From NCBI GenBank assembly GCA_963708025.1, contig CAVPSB010000013.1:192001-256000 (forward strand): a DNA stretch of 64,000 nt, in the 5' to 3' direction. Within the stretch, counting starts at the first letter, position 1, and every line of letters begins with the position of its first letter. A program made the position numbers and the translations under genes. Positions 38,292-47,633 of this stretch are shown piece after piece. This DNA is from an uncultured Candidatus Rokubacteria bacterium (GTDB lineage Bacteria > Methylomirabilota > Methylomirabilia > Rokubacteriales > DASRDR01). The notes beneath the pieces were generated by a model, which saw only the letters and a list, made by a program, of their open reading frames with translations, had not been told where the DNA came from and did not search any database.

Positions 38292-39779
38292 TCAGCTCGC
38301 GGCGAGGGCGCGGGCGCGCTCGGCCAGCCGGCGGTCGATGGCCTCGATCCGCCCCCGGTAGCCCTCGAGCCAGGCGCGCGCTTCGTCCAGCCCGGCACGG
38401 TAGCGGGCCAGGCTGGCGGCGAGCGGAGCCGGCGCCGGGCCGCCGGGCAGCGTGCGCACGGCGATGAAGTGCTCCGGCGTGGTGTACCGGCGGAGGTCCG
38501 CCTCGCCGAGCCGGGGCGGACGGCCCGCCACGGCCGAGAAGGCCTCGGCGAACGCCGCGTAAGGGACGGTCGGGAACCGCTCGCCGCGGCCCAGCATCTC
38601 CTTCACCAGGCGCCCGACGACCTCGTGCCCCTGGCGGAAGGAGAGGCCCTCGACGCGCACCAGCGAGTCGGCCAGCTCGGTCGCCGTGATGCAGCTCTCC
38701 TCGATGTGGCGGCGCACCCGCGCCTCGTCGATCCGGGCGGCGCGGATGAACCCGGCCAGGAGCCGGAGCGCCCGGCTGCCCGCCTCGAACGCGGCGTAGC
38801 CCGCCACCTGGATCTCACCCTCGGCGTCGTTCACGTCGGTGAACGGCGTGTTGTGGAGCGCGTCGATCGGGATGTTCGCGCGGCCGGCGGCCAGGGAGCA
38901 GAGGAGCCGCAGGTGCTCGACCGGCACCGGGTTGCGCTTCTGCGGCATGATCGAGCTCACCTGCACGTAGGCGTCCGGCACGTAGAGGTGCCCGGTCTCG
39001 AAGCCGGTCCAGGCGTTGAGGTCCTGCACGAAGCGGCCGAGGTGGACGAACAGAAGGCGCAGGGGTCCGTAGACGCCGGTCACGTAGTCGCTGGCGGCGA
39101 TGCAGCCGTAGGCGTTCTCCTGCACCTCGGCGAACCCGAGGAGCTCGGCCATCGCCGCCCGATCGAGGGGAAAGCCGGAGGTGGTGATCGCGGCCGCTCC
39201 CATGGGGCACAGGTCGGGATAGCGGCTGGCCTGGCGCAGGCGCTCCACGTCGCGCAGCAGCAGCTCGATCACCGCGCCCAGGTAGTGCCCGTAGGTCGTG
39301 GGCTGGGCCGGCTGGCCGTGGGTATAGGCCACGACCAGCGTCGCCCGGTTGGCCTCGGCCACCTCGAGCAGGGCCGCGATGGCGCCGAGCAGGTCGGCGA
39401 GCAGGTCGGCCAGGCGCTCCTTGAGCGCCATCTTGAAGACCGTGTGGTCGATGTCGTTGCGGCTGCGCCCGGTGTGGAGCTTGCCGGCCGTCTCGACGCC
39501 GAGCCGGCGCCGCAGCTCCGCCTCGACGAGGAAGAAGAAGTCCTCGTGCTCGCCGGTGTAGGCGAGGGCGGGGACGTCGGTCGTCGCCTCGATGTCGTCG
39601 AGCGCCTGTAGGATCGCGGCCGCCTCCGCCCGGGACAGCAGGCCCTGGGCGGCCAGCATGATCGCGCTGGCCCGGTTGACCCGCATCTGCTGGCGCCAGT
39701 GGTGCTGCTTCACGCCCTCGAACAGCGGAGCCAGGACCGTCTCGCGATACACCGGCGCCGGAAACGTCTCCTCAGTCAT
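38292..39779 (-). CDS. Argininosuccinate lyase-family protein
   Basis: LHTGRSRND, YTHGQPAQP, SSIMPQKRNP, ATELAD, FRQGH. Confidence 0.9.
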   Translation of the reverse strand: MTEETFPAPVYRETVLAPLFEGVKQHHWRQQMRVNRASAIMLAAQGLLSRAEAAAILQALDDIEATTDVPALAYTGEHEDFFFLVEAELRRRLGVETAGKLHTGRSRNDIDHTVFKMALKERLADLLADLLGAIAALLEVAEANRATLVVAYTHGQPAQPTTYGHYLGAVIELLLRDVERLRQASRYPDLCPMGAAAITTSGFPLDRAAMAELLGFAEVQENAYGCIAASDYVTGVYGPLRLLFVHLGRFVQDLNAWTGFETGHLYVPDAYVQVSSIMPQKRNPVPVEHLRLLCSLAAGRANIPIDALHNTPFTDVNDAEGEIQVAGYAAFEAGSRALRLLAGFIRAARIDEARVRRHIEESCITATELADSLVRVEGLSFRQGHEVVGRLVKEMLGRGERFPTVPYAAFAEAFSAVAGRPPRLGEADLRRYTTPEHFIAVRTLPGGPAPAPLAASLARYRAGLDEARAWLEGYRGRIEAIDRRLAERARALAAS

Positions 39780-39830
39780 CGGCTCCCTCCGCAACTCCTC
39801 GAGGCGGCACAGTCATGGTGGACGTTCTCT

Positions 39831-39976
39831 GGGGCGGGGCCGAGGAGCGAGCAGCGCCCCCAGGCCGAAGGCCGTCCGAAGGACGCAGGGAGTCGCCGAC
39901 CGGAGGCGTACTCCGAGTACGCCGAGGATCGGCGACGACCGAGGACGACGCGATGCGAAGCTCATCGGCCCCGCCC
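39831..39976. repeat. Long palindromic element family D, with an inserted GGCCGAAGGCC module
   Basis: Terminal IR GGGCGGGGCCGA/TCGGCCCCGCCC and inner GGCGTACTC/GAGTACGCC; inverted copy at 44407-44530. Confidence 0.85.
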
Positions 39977-39988
39977 CGGCCCCGCCCG

Positions 39989-40810
39989 CTACTCCTTGAG
40001 GCCGGCCAGCATCACGCCCCTAATGATGTACCGCTGGAGCCCGATAAAGACCAGGAGCGTGGGGAGGGTCGCGATGCTGGCCCCGGTCATCACCATCTCC
40101 CACTCGGTCTGGAACTCGCTCGAGAACGAGGCGAGCCCGACCGGCAGCGTGTAGAGGCCCTTGTCGGTGATGGCGATAAGGGGCCAGAGGAAGGCGGTCC
40201 AGTTCCCCAGGAAGGTGAAGATGGCGAGGGCCGACAGCGCCGGGGTCACCAGCGGCAGGGCGATCCGCCACCAGATGCGGAACTCGCCGAGCCCGTCGAC
40301 GCGCGCGGCGTCGATCAGATCGTCCGGCACGCCCTCGAAGAACTGCTTCATCAGGAAGGCGCCGAAGCCCGTCATCATCCCGGGAAACATGATGCCCCAG
40401 TAGGTGTCGAGCCAGCCCAGGCGCTTGCTCAGCACGTACCAGGGGAGGACCAGCATCTCGGTGGGGATCATGAGCGTGCTGAGGACGGCCACGAAGACCA
40501 CGAAGCGGCCGCGGAAGCGGAACTTCGCGAGGGTGTAGCCGACCAGGCTGTCGAAGAACAGGACCGAGAGCGTGGTGGCGGTCGCGATCACCAGCGAGTT
40601 CCCGAACCAGCGCGGGAACCCGGAGGCGCCGAGCAGCCGCCGGTAGTTGGCCAGCGTCGGCGAGTGGGGCAGGAGCGACAGCTCGTAGACCTCGGCGTTG
40701 GGCTTGAGCGACGTCGACAGCATGTAGACGAAGGGCATCACCATCAGCACGCCGCCGAGGAACAGCAGGGCCCACGCCACCATCCGACCCCGCCCGGTCC
40801 CTCCCCTCAT
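39989..40810 (-). CDS. Carbohydrate ABC permease (MalG-like)
   Basis: PFVYM, NS, TLMIP, DAARVDG, WTAFLWPL. Confidence 0.92.
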   Translation of the reverse strand: MRGGTGRGRMVAWALLFLGGVLMVMPFVYMLSTSLKPNAEVYELSLLPHSPTLANYRRLLGASGFPRWFGNSLVIATATTLSVLFFDSLVGYTLAKFRFRGRFVVFVAVLSTLMIPTEMLVLPWYVLSKRLGWLDTYWGIMFPGMMTGFGAFLMKQFFEGVPDDLIDAARVDGLGEFRIWWRIALPLVTPALSALAIFTFLGNWTAFLWPLIAITDKGLYTLPVGLASFSSEFQTEWEMVMTGASIATLPTLLVFIGLQRYIIRGVMLAGLKE

Positions 40811-41748
40811 CGCGACCGGAGCAGGCGCATCTGGAGCAGCGAGACCCCGAGCAGGATCACGAAGAGCACCACGGTCTGGGCGGCGGCGTAGCCCATCTCG
40901 AAGTGCCCGAAGGCGGTCTCGTAGATCTTCAGGACCAGCGGCTTGGTCGAGTCGAGCGGGCCGCCCTGGCCGCCGGTCATGCTGTAGACGTAGTCGAAGA
41001 TGCGCAGGAAGCCGATCGAGCTGACGACCACCAGGAACACGATGGTCGGCCGCAGCAGCGGGAGCGTGATGTCGAGGAGGATGCGCCAGGCCCCGGCGCC
41101 GTCGATCGCGGCGGCCTCGTAGTAGCCGGACGGGATCGCCTTGAGCCCGGCCAGGAAGATCACGACCTGGAAGCCGAGGGCGGCCCAGATGGCGGGGGCG
41201 AGGACCGCGTACAGCGCCTGCTCGGTCGAGCGCAGGAAGGGCTGCTGGGAAAAGCCGAGCGCCACCAGCAGGCCGTTGAAGAGGCCGACCGGCACCGGCT
41301 GGTAGAACCAGCGCCAGACCCAGGCCATGGCGACGGCGGTCGTGAGGTGGGGCACGAAGTAGAGCGCGCGCAGGAGCGCGTGGCCGGCCCGGACCCGGTC
41401 GAGGTAGTAGGCGACGACGAAGGAGAGGACGAGGCTGACGGCGACGCCGGCCGCCAGGTACTGGAAGGTGTTGCCCATGACCGTCCAGAAGGCGGGGTCG
41501 GTGGCCAGGCGCCGGTAGTTGGCGAGGCCGACGAACCGCCGGGCGCCGACGATGTTCCAGTCGGTGAGCGACATGAGGAACGCGTCGGCCGCCGGGTAGA
41601 AGCGGATGCCGGCGTAGAAGGCGACCGGCACCGCGAGAAACGCCCACGCGCAGAGGGCCCGCCGGGTGCGGAGCGAGAGCCGGGCCAGCAGGCCGGGCGG
41701 CGGGCCGCCGGGCCGGCGGGGCGCCGCCGGCCCGGCCTCGGGGGTCAC
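40807..41748 (-). CDS. Carbohydrate ABC permease (MalF-like)
   Basis: FVGLANY, FLAGLKAIP, YEAAAIDGA, ITLPLLRP, GYAAA. Confidence 0.92.
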   Translation of the reverse strand: MTPEAGPAAPRRPGGPPPGLLARLSLRTRRALCAWAFLAVPVAFYAGIRFYPAADAFLMSLTDWNIVGARRFVGLANYRRLATDPAFWTVMGNTFQYLAAGVAVSLVLSFVVAYYLDRVRAGHALLRALYFVPHLTTAVAMAWVWRWFYQPVPVGLFNGLLVALGFSQQPFLRSTEQALYAVLAPAIWAALGFQVVIFLAGLKAIPSGYYEAAAIDGAGAWRILLDITLPLLRPTIVFLVVVSSIGFLRIFDYVYSMTGGQGGPLDSTKPLVLKIYETAFGHFEMGYAAAQTVVLFVILLGVSLLQMRLLRSR

Positions 41749-43001
41749 CGGGCGAAGAACGCGTCCAGCAGCTTCTGCTCCTCGGCCGCCGCCTGGGCCA
41801 CCGACTCCGCGACCGGCTGGCTCTTGATGGCGATGCGGTCGACCATGTCGATGAACAGCTTGCGCTGGGCGGTCTCGTTGACGAAGAACGTCACCTGCGA
41901 ATAGGCGAGGCCGCGGATGAACGCGCCGTACTTCGGATGGGTCCGGATGGCGTCCTTCTCGGCCACCGCCTTCCGCGCCGGCAGCTCGCCGACCTTCTCC
42001 AGCCACAGCTCCATCGCGGCCGGCGTGGTGATGAACCGGAGGAACTTCGCGGCCGCCTCCTTCTTGGGGCCCGTCGCCTTGGGCGTGATGCCGTTGACCC
42101 AGTACGAGGCGAAGTTGGAGCGCCGGCCCTCGTGGGCGGGCAGCTCGCCCACCGCGTAATCGAGCCCGGCCTGGCCGTCGAACGCGGCCAGCCGGAACGA
42201 GCCGTCGATGGTGAGCCCCGCCTTGCCCGACCGGAACGCGGTGACGCCGTCGGTGAGGAAGCCGAACTGGCTGACCTTCTGCCGGGCGACGAGGTCGGTG
42301 TACCACTGGACGGCCCGGGCGCCGGCCGGCCCGTTGTAGGCCACGCTCCGGCCGTCGGGGGAGTAGGGCTGGCCGCCCATCTGGCGGATCAGCACCTCGC
42401 GCAGCCAGTGGTGATCCTGCCCGCCCATGTCGAGCGCGATCCCCGCCTGGAGCAGGTTGCCGGCGGCATCCCGCTTGGTCATCTTCTTCGCCGCCTCGAT
42501 CAGCTCGTCGAGCGTCTGGGGCGCCCGGGCCGGGTCGAGGCCGGCCTCCTGCATCAGCTTCCGGTTCCAGAACAGGGCGAGCGAGCGCACCGCGGTCGGC
42601 AAGGCGTAGTACTGGCCGTCGACCCGCATCTGCTTCACGAGCGGGAAGAAGTCGCGCTCGATCTCGGCCGGGTCGAACAGCTCGGCCGGCAGGGGCTGCA
42701 GGAGCTTCGCCTTCAGGTAGTCGTGCAGCCAGCCGTAGAAGAGCTGCACCACGTCGGGCCCCTGGCCGGCGGGGATGGCGGCGGCGATCTTCAGGCGGAA
42801 GTCGTCGTACGGCACGTGGGTGTGCTTGACCTTGATGCCGGGATTCTCCGCCTCGAAGCGCTTGATCAGCTCGTCGATGGCCTGCACGCGCTGGGCGAAG
42901 GTGTACTGCCAGTACTCGATCTCGACCGTCTGGGCGGGCGCGGTCCCGGCGATCGCCAGGGTGACGCTGAAGGCGGCCCCCAACAGGATGCGCTTGATCA
43001 T
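41745..43001 (-). CDS. Carbohydrate ABC substrate-binding protein (family 1)
   Basis: Signal peptide, FEAENPGIKV, GPDV, YALP, PQTLDEL. Confidence 0.9.
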   Translation of the reverse strand: MIKRILLGAAFSVTLAIAGTAPAQTVEIEYWQYTFAQRVQAIDELIKRFEAENPGIKVKHTHVPYDDFRLKIAAAIPAGQGPDVVQLFYGWLHDYLKAKLLQPLPAELFDPAEIERDFFPLVKQMRVDGQYYALPTAVRSLALFWNRKLMQEAGLDPARAPQTLDELIEAAKKMTKRDAAGNLLQAGIALDMGGQDHHWLREVLIRQMGGQPYSPDGRSVAYNGPAGARAVQWYTDLVARQKVSQFGFLTDGVTAFRSGKAGLTIDGSFRLAAFDGQAGLDYAVGELPAHEGRRSNFASYWVNGITPKATGPKKEAAAKFLRFITTPAAMELWLEKVGELPARKAVAEKDAIRTHPKYGAFIRGLAYSQVTFFVNETAQRKLFIDMVDRIAIKSQPVAESVAQAAAEEQKLLDAFFAR

Positions 43002-43023
43002 GGTCTCCCTCCCCTTCCCCTGC

Positions 43024-43199
43024 GAGCGTGTGAAGGAATCGGGTCCTCGGGTCCTCCGGCGCCCCCCTCCCCCCGGTGCCCGCCGGAGGGGCGGGACGTC
43101 GCCCACAGGCCGAAGGCCGTCCGATCGGCCGCAGGCCCTCGCCGTCCCGGCGATCCCGTCAAACGGGAGGGGGCTGGGGGGGTGGGCGGGAGGTCCCGA
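43024..43199 (+). repeat. REP-like element family A, long variant
   Basis: Starts GAGCGTGTGAAGGAATCGGG and ends GGGAGGTCCCGA. Confidence 0.85.
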
Positions 43200-43379
43200 T
43201 CATTCTCGTCCGGCGCCCCGATGTTCCCAGACCCGCCGGCCGAGGTCAACACGCCCTCGCCGCGCCCCCGGGGCGACTTGACCGCCTCGCCCGTTCCCCG
43301 GTACGATCGCTGTCACCCCGTACCAGCACGTGGCCGGAGTCGGCCTGGAACGAGTGGATCTTCACCCGGGGAGGACCCC

Positions 43380-44405
43380 ATGGGCAGCCGGCGTATTGCG
43401 CTGTTGACGGCCCTCGTCCTGCTTGCCTGTGCCGGCGGCGGTCCGGCCCAGGCCCAGTCCTTCTTCGAAGGCAAGACCATCCGCATCATCGTGGGCCTGG
43501 CCGCCGGGGGCGGCTTCGACACCTACGCCCGGGTGCTCGCCCGGCACCTCGGCAAGCAGATCCCCGGGAATCCCAGCATCGTCGTCGAGAACATGACCGG
43601 GGCCGGCAGCCTCATCTCGGTCAATCACCTGTACAAGGTCGCCAAGCCGGATGGTCTCACGGTGGGGCACTTCAACGGGATTCTCCTGATGGGCCAGGTC
43701 CTGGGGCAGCCCGGGGTCGAGTTCGACGCGCGAAAGTTCGAGTTCGTCGGCGCCGCCGCCAGGGAGGACGTGGCCTGCGGGGTGACCAAGGCCAGTGGCA
43801 TCACTAGCATCGAGAAGTGGATGGCCGCCAAGACCCCCGTCAAGCTGGGAGGCGTCGCCCCGGGGGCCTCGCCTGACAACACGGCCAGGATCCTGAGATC
43901 GGCGCTCGGGCTTCCCATCCAGGTCGTCACGGGGTTCAAGGGCACCTCCGAGATCCGTCTGGCCGCCGACGGCGGCGAGCTGGCCGGGAGCTGCTGGGCC
44001 TGGGACTCCATGAAGGCGACCTGGCGCGCGGCCCTGGACTCGGGTGAGGTCGTCGTGGTCCTGCAGGGGGTGCCCAAGGCGTTCCCGGATCTCGCCGGCG
44101 TCCCCCTGGCCATGAGCCTGGCCAAGACCGACGAGGGGCGCCGCCTGATCGAGGTGGGCATCCACCACGCCGGGGCCTTCGCCCGCCCGTTCGCGCTCCC
44201 TCCCGGCACCCCCAAGGACCGGGTCCAGACCTGGCGCCGCGCCTTCGAGGAGACGCTGAAGGACAAGGCCTTCCTGGCGGAAGTGGAGAAGGCCCGGCTC
44301 GGACTCGCCCCCGTGACCGGCGAGGAGCTGGAGAAGATGGTCGCTGACCTCTTCACGCTGGATGCGGGGCTGAGAGCCAAGCTGAAGGAGATCCTCTACA
44401 ACTAG
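43380..44405 (+). CDS. TctC/Bug tripartite tricarboxylate transporter binding protein
   Basis: GKTIRIIVG..GGGFD, VENMTGAG, PDGLT, PPGTP; TTGACC-N18-TACGAT upstream. Confidence 0.9.
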   Translation: MGSRRIALLTALVLLACAGGGPAQAQSFFEGKTIRIIVGLAAGGGFDTYARVLARHLGKQIPGNPSIVVENMTGAGSLISVNHLYKVAKPDGLTVGHFNGILLMGQVLGQPGVEFDARKFEFVGAAAREDVACGVTKASGITSIEKWMAAKTPVKLGGVAPGASPDNTARILRSALGLPIQVVTGFKGTSEIRLAADGGELAGSCWAWDSMKATWRAALDSGEVVVVLQGVPKAFPDLAGVPLAMSLAKTDEGRRLIEVGIHHAGAFARPFALPPGTPKDRVQTWRRAFEETLKDKAFLAEVEKARLGLAPVTGEELEKMVADLFTLDAGLRAKLKEILYN

Positions 44406-44406
44406 C

Positions 44407-44530
44407 GGGCGGGGCCGATGAGCGTCGCATCGCGTCGTCCTCGGTCGTCGCCGATCCTCGGCGTACTCGGAGTACGCCTGCGGTCGGCGACTCCCTGCGT
44501 CCTAGCGCTGCTCGCTCCTCGGCCCCGCCC
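44407..44530. repeat. Long palindromic element family D
   Basis: Inverted copy of 39831-39976 without the inserted module; follows a TAG stop, as does the other copy. Confidence 0.85.
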
Positions 44531-44751
44531 GGGAACTTGACTCACGTTGCCGGCGCCCTTCGCGGTCCGGCGTCCTCTGTCCCCGCCGCGCCCATGGCGA
44601 TCGCCGGGTGAATGCCGGTTGAGGGCGAGGCGCTTTCTGCGGTATCGTGCCCCCCGGGAGGGAGCCGGAGAGCGCGGATGAGCCGTGAGTTCTCGGTCCC
44701 GGGCGCCCAGTGGATCGGGCCCCGCCCTGTGCTCGTCGGCGAGGGCGACGC

Positions 44752-45429
44752 GTGACCAGTCCCGCAACGGGACCGGCGGCCGACCGGGCGGCGCTCTTCG
44801 ACCGCGTTCTCCAGCCGGAGCCCGGCCGGACGGCGCTCCTCGTCGTGGACATGCAGCGGGGCTTCCTGGACCCGGGGGCGGCGCTGGAGGTGCCCGCGGC
44901 CCGGGAGGCGGTGCCGACCCTTCGCCTGCTCCTCGACGGCTTTCGCCGAAAGCGGCTTCCGGTGGCGTTCACGGAGTTCGTGTACTCGCCGCGGGTCCCG
45001 CTGCTGGTGGGCGAGCTGCACCCGGAGCATCGCCCCGCCGAGCCGGGCCGCCCGCAGGGGTTCGGCTGGCCCTCCTCGTCGTGCCTGGAGGGCACCGCGA
45101 GCGCGGAGACGGTGCCCGATCTGGCGCCGGCGGCCGGCGAGCTGGTGGTGCGGAAGCACTGGTACGACGGCTTCGCGGGGACCGCGCTCGACGGCGCCCT
45201 GCGCGCGCGGGGGGTGACGTCGCTGGTCGTGGCCGGCACCATGACGGACATCTGCGTGCTGGCCACCGTCGTCGGGGCGTTCAATCGGGAATACCGGATC
45301 ACGGTGGTGGAGGACGCCGTGGCGACGCTGTGGCCGGAGATCCAGCAGGCGACCCTGGACATCATCCGGCGCGCGTACGGGCGTGTCGCAGCGGCGAAGA
45401 CGATCCTGGACGTCATCTCGGCCTGGTGA
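44752..45429 (+). CDS. Isochorismatase-family cysteine hydrolase
   Basis: TALLVVDMQ, VRKHWYDGF, GTMTDICV (D-K-C triad). Confidence 0.9.
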   Translation: MTSPATGPAADRAALFDRVLQPEPGRTALLVVDMQRGFLDPGAALEVPAAREAVPTLRLLLDGFRRKRLPVAFTEFVYSPRVPLLVGELHPEHRPAEPGRPQGFGWPSSSCLEGTASAETVPDLAPAAGELVVRKHWYDGFAGTALDGALRARGVTSLVVAGTMTDICVLATVVGAFNREYRITVVEDAVATLWPEIQQATLDIIRRAYGRVAAAKTILDVISAW

Positions 45430-45452
45430 CTCAACCGAACGGAGGTGTGGAC

Positions 45453-46757
45453 ATGGCGGAGCGGTGGCAAGGCGAGCCGTGGGCGAAGGACATGTGGTGG
45501 AGCGGGAAGACGACCCGGCGGCGCTTCCTCGGGGTCGCGGCCAGCGCGGCTGGCGCCCTGGGGGCGACGATGCTGGTGCCGGCGCCGTGGCGCGAAGCCT
45601 TCGGGCAGGCCAAGCCGTACAAGATCGGGACGCTCCAGCCGCTCTCGGGGGCCGCGGCCGCGGGCGGGAAGACCGCGCTGGTCGGCACCCAGATGGCCGT
45701 GGACCGGACCAACAAGATGGGCGGTATCAACGGGCGGCCGATCGAGCTGATCATCGCCGACTACGAGTCGAAGCCCGACGTCGGACGGCGGAAGGCGGAG
45801 AAGCTCGCGGTCGAGGACATGGTCGACGCCCACGAGGGCGGCTTCCTGTCCAACGTCTGTCTGGCGTGCATGCCCGTCTTCGAGGAGCACAAGCTGGTCA
45901 ACATGATCGGCGTCTGCCTGGACACGACGATCACCACGACGAAGTGCAGCCGTTACACCTTCCGGCCCTTCGACTACGCGCCGGCCCAGGCCGTCGCCTT
46001 CGCGCCGTACCTGGTCGGCAAGCTGGGGAAGCGCTGGCACATCGCCTACGCGGACTACGCCTGGGGCCAGTCGACGCGGGATGCCTACGCCGAGCAGATC
46101 AAGAAGGCCGGCGGCGAGGTCGTCGGCGGCACCGGGATCCCGCTGGGGACGGCGGACATGACGGCGTTCCTCTCCAAGATCACCGGGAACTTCGACGGGC
46201 TCTTCGGCATCTTCTTCGGCAAGGACGGGGTGACGATCGGCAACCAGGCGTTCGATCTCGGCCTCACCAAGAAGTACAAGTGGGCCGGTGACGGCGCCAT
46301 CGCCGAGTCGACGAACCTACCCGCGCTGGGCAACAAGATCGAGGGGTTCGTCGGGATCAACCGCTACGTGCCGGTGCTGGAAGGGCCGCTCAACACACCG
46401 TACCACAAGAGGTTCTTCGACGACGCGGTGGCCCGGCTCAAGCAGATCGATCCCTCGGGGCCGCTGCCGGACCGCTACGTCCAGGCGAACTACGAGGCCA
46501 TGAACACCCTCAAGATCGGCATCCAGAAGTCGGGCTTCCAGGGCCGGCAGGACACGATGAAGCTCATCGAGGCGCTGGAAGGGCTCGAGATGAAGGAAAG
46601 CGACGACTTCCCGCAAGGCGACAAGACCCTCCGGAAGGAGGACCACCAGGCGTTCCTCCAGGAGTTCGTCTTCGAGATCAAGGGCGGCAAGCATCGCATC
46701 CTCGAGGTCGTATCCAAAGAGAAGACGATGTTTCCGCCGGCCTGCAAGTTCGCCTGA
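45453..46757 (+). CDS. Tat-exported LivJ/K-type ABC substrate-binding protein
   Basis: TRRRFLG, PLSG, GGINGRPIEL, DYAWG. Confidence 0.9.
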   Translation: MAERWQGEPWAKDMWWSGKTTRRRFLGVAASAAGALGATMLVPAPWREAFGQAKPYKIGTLQPLSGAAAAGGKTALVGTQMAVDRTNKMGGINGRPIELIIADYESKPDVGRRKAEKLAVEDMVDAHEGGFLSNVCLACMPVFEEHKLVNMIGVCLDTTITTTKCSRYTFRPFDYAPAQAVAFAPYLVGKLGKRWHIAYADYAWGQSTRDAYAEQIKKAGGEVVGGTGIPLGTADMTAFLSKITGNFDGLFGIFFGKDGVTIGNQAFDLGLTKKYKWAGDGAIAESTNLPALGNKIEGFVGINRYVPVLEGPLNTPYHKRFFDDAVARLKQIDPSGPLPDRYVQANYEAMNTLKIGIQKSGFQGRQDTMKLIEALEGLEMKESDDFPQGDKTLRKEDHQAFLQEFVFEIKGGKHRILEVVSKEKTMFPPACKFA

Positions 46758-46758
46758 G

Positions 46759-47535
46759 GTGCCGCGCGAGGACGGCTCGGGGGCGGGGGGGTCGGCCCTC
46801 CGCCCCCTCCTCCGCGCCGACGGGCTGACCGTCCGGTTCGGTGGGCTCACCGCGCTCAACGGCGTGACGCTGTCGGTCATGCCGGGCGAGATCCGTGCCC
46901 TGATCGGGCCCAATGGCGCCGGCAAGAGCACGTTCTTCAACTGCGTCACCGGGGTGCTGCGGCCGACCGGCGGCCGCATCCTGCTCGACGGGGAGGACGT
47001 CACCGGGCTCCCGCCCGACCGCATCTCCCGGAAGGCGATCGCCCGCTCCTACCAGATCACGAATCTCCTCCCCGGCGCCACCGTGTTCGAGAACGTCCGG
47101 ATCGCCGCCCAGTCGCGCCGGGGGGGGTGGAGCCTGCTCCGGCACCACCGGGCGCTCCGGGACGTGAACGACCGCGCCCGGGCGGTGCTGGAGGCGGTCG
47201 GCCTCGCCGACAAGGAGGACGAGGTGGCAGCCAACCTTTCGCATGGCGAGCAGCGGAATCTCGAGATCGGCATCGCGCTCGCCACCGAGCCGAAGCTCCT
47301 GTGCCTGGACGAGCCGACGGCCGGCATGAGCGTCGCCGAGACACGCGCCACGGTCGAGCTGATCCGCCGGATCGCCCGGGACCTGACCATCCTGATCGTC
47401 GAGCACGACATGGAGGTCGTGATGGGGCTCGCGCGGACCATCACCGTGCTCCACTACGGCGAGGTGCTGGCCGAGGGCAGCCCGGCCGAGATCCAGGGCA
47501 ACCCCCGGGTCCAGGAGGTCTACCTGAAGACATGA
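46759..47535 (+). CDS. livG: LivG-like ABC ATPase
   Basis: FGGLTAL, GPNGAGKST, LDEPTAG, EHDM. Confidence 0.9.
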   Translation: MPREDGSGAGGSALRPLLRADGLTVRFGGLTALNGVTLSVMPGEIRALIGPNGAGKSTFFNCVTGVLRPTGGRILLDGEDVTGLPPDRISRKAIARSYQITNLLPGATVFENVRIAAQSRRGGWSLLRHHRALRDVNDRARAVLEAVGLADKEDEVAANLSHGEQRNLEIGIALATEPKLLCLDEPTAGMSVAETRATVELIRRIARDLTILIVEHDMEVVMGLARTITVLHYGEVLAEGSPAEIQGNPRVQEVYLKT

Positions 47536-47633
47536 CGACGTGGGAAGGTGCAGGTTCGTCCGACACCCCCCTCCCCCCGGTGGGTGGGGGAGGGGGGCTG
47601 GGGGGGTGGGAGGGAGGTCCCGAACAATCCTGA
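47532..47633 (+). other. 33-aa ORF spanning the repeat between livG and livF
   Basis: ATG overlaps the livG TGA (ATGA); its TGA overlaps the livF ATG (TGATG). Confidence 0.5.
47558..47624 (+). repeat. REP-like element family A
   Basis: CCCCCTCCCCCCGGTGGGTGGGGGAGGGGGGCTGGGGGGGTGGGAGGGAGGTCCCGAA. Confidence 0.85.

Noticed and set aside
39779-39989. Bridge ORF across the family-D repeat before the ArgH-like gene
   Set aside because: The internal ORF overlaps neither the upstream stop nor the lyase start, and the lyase has its own SD.
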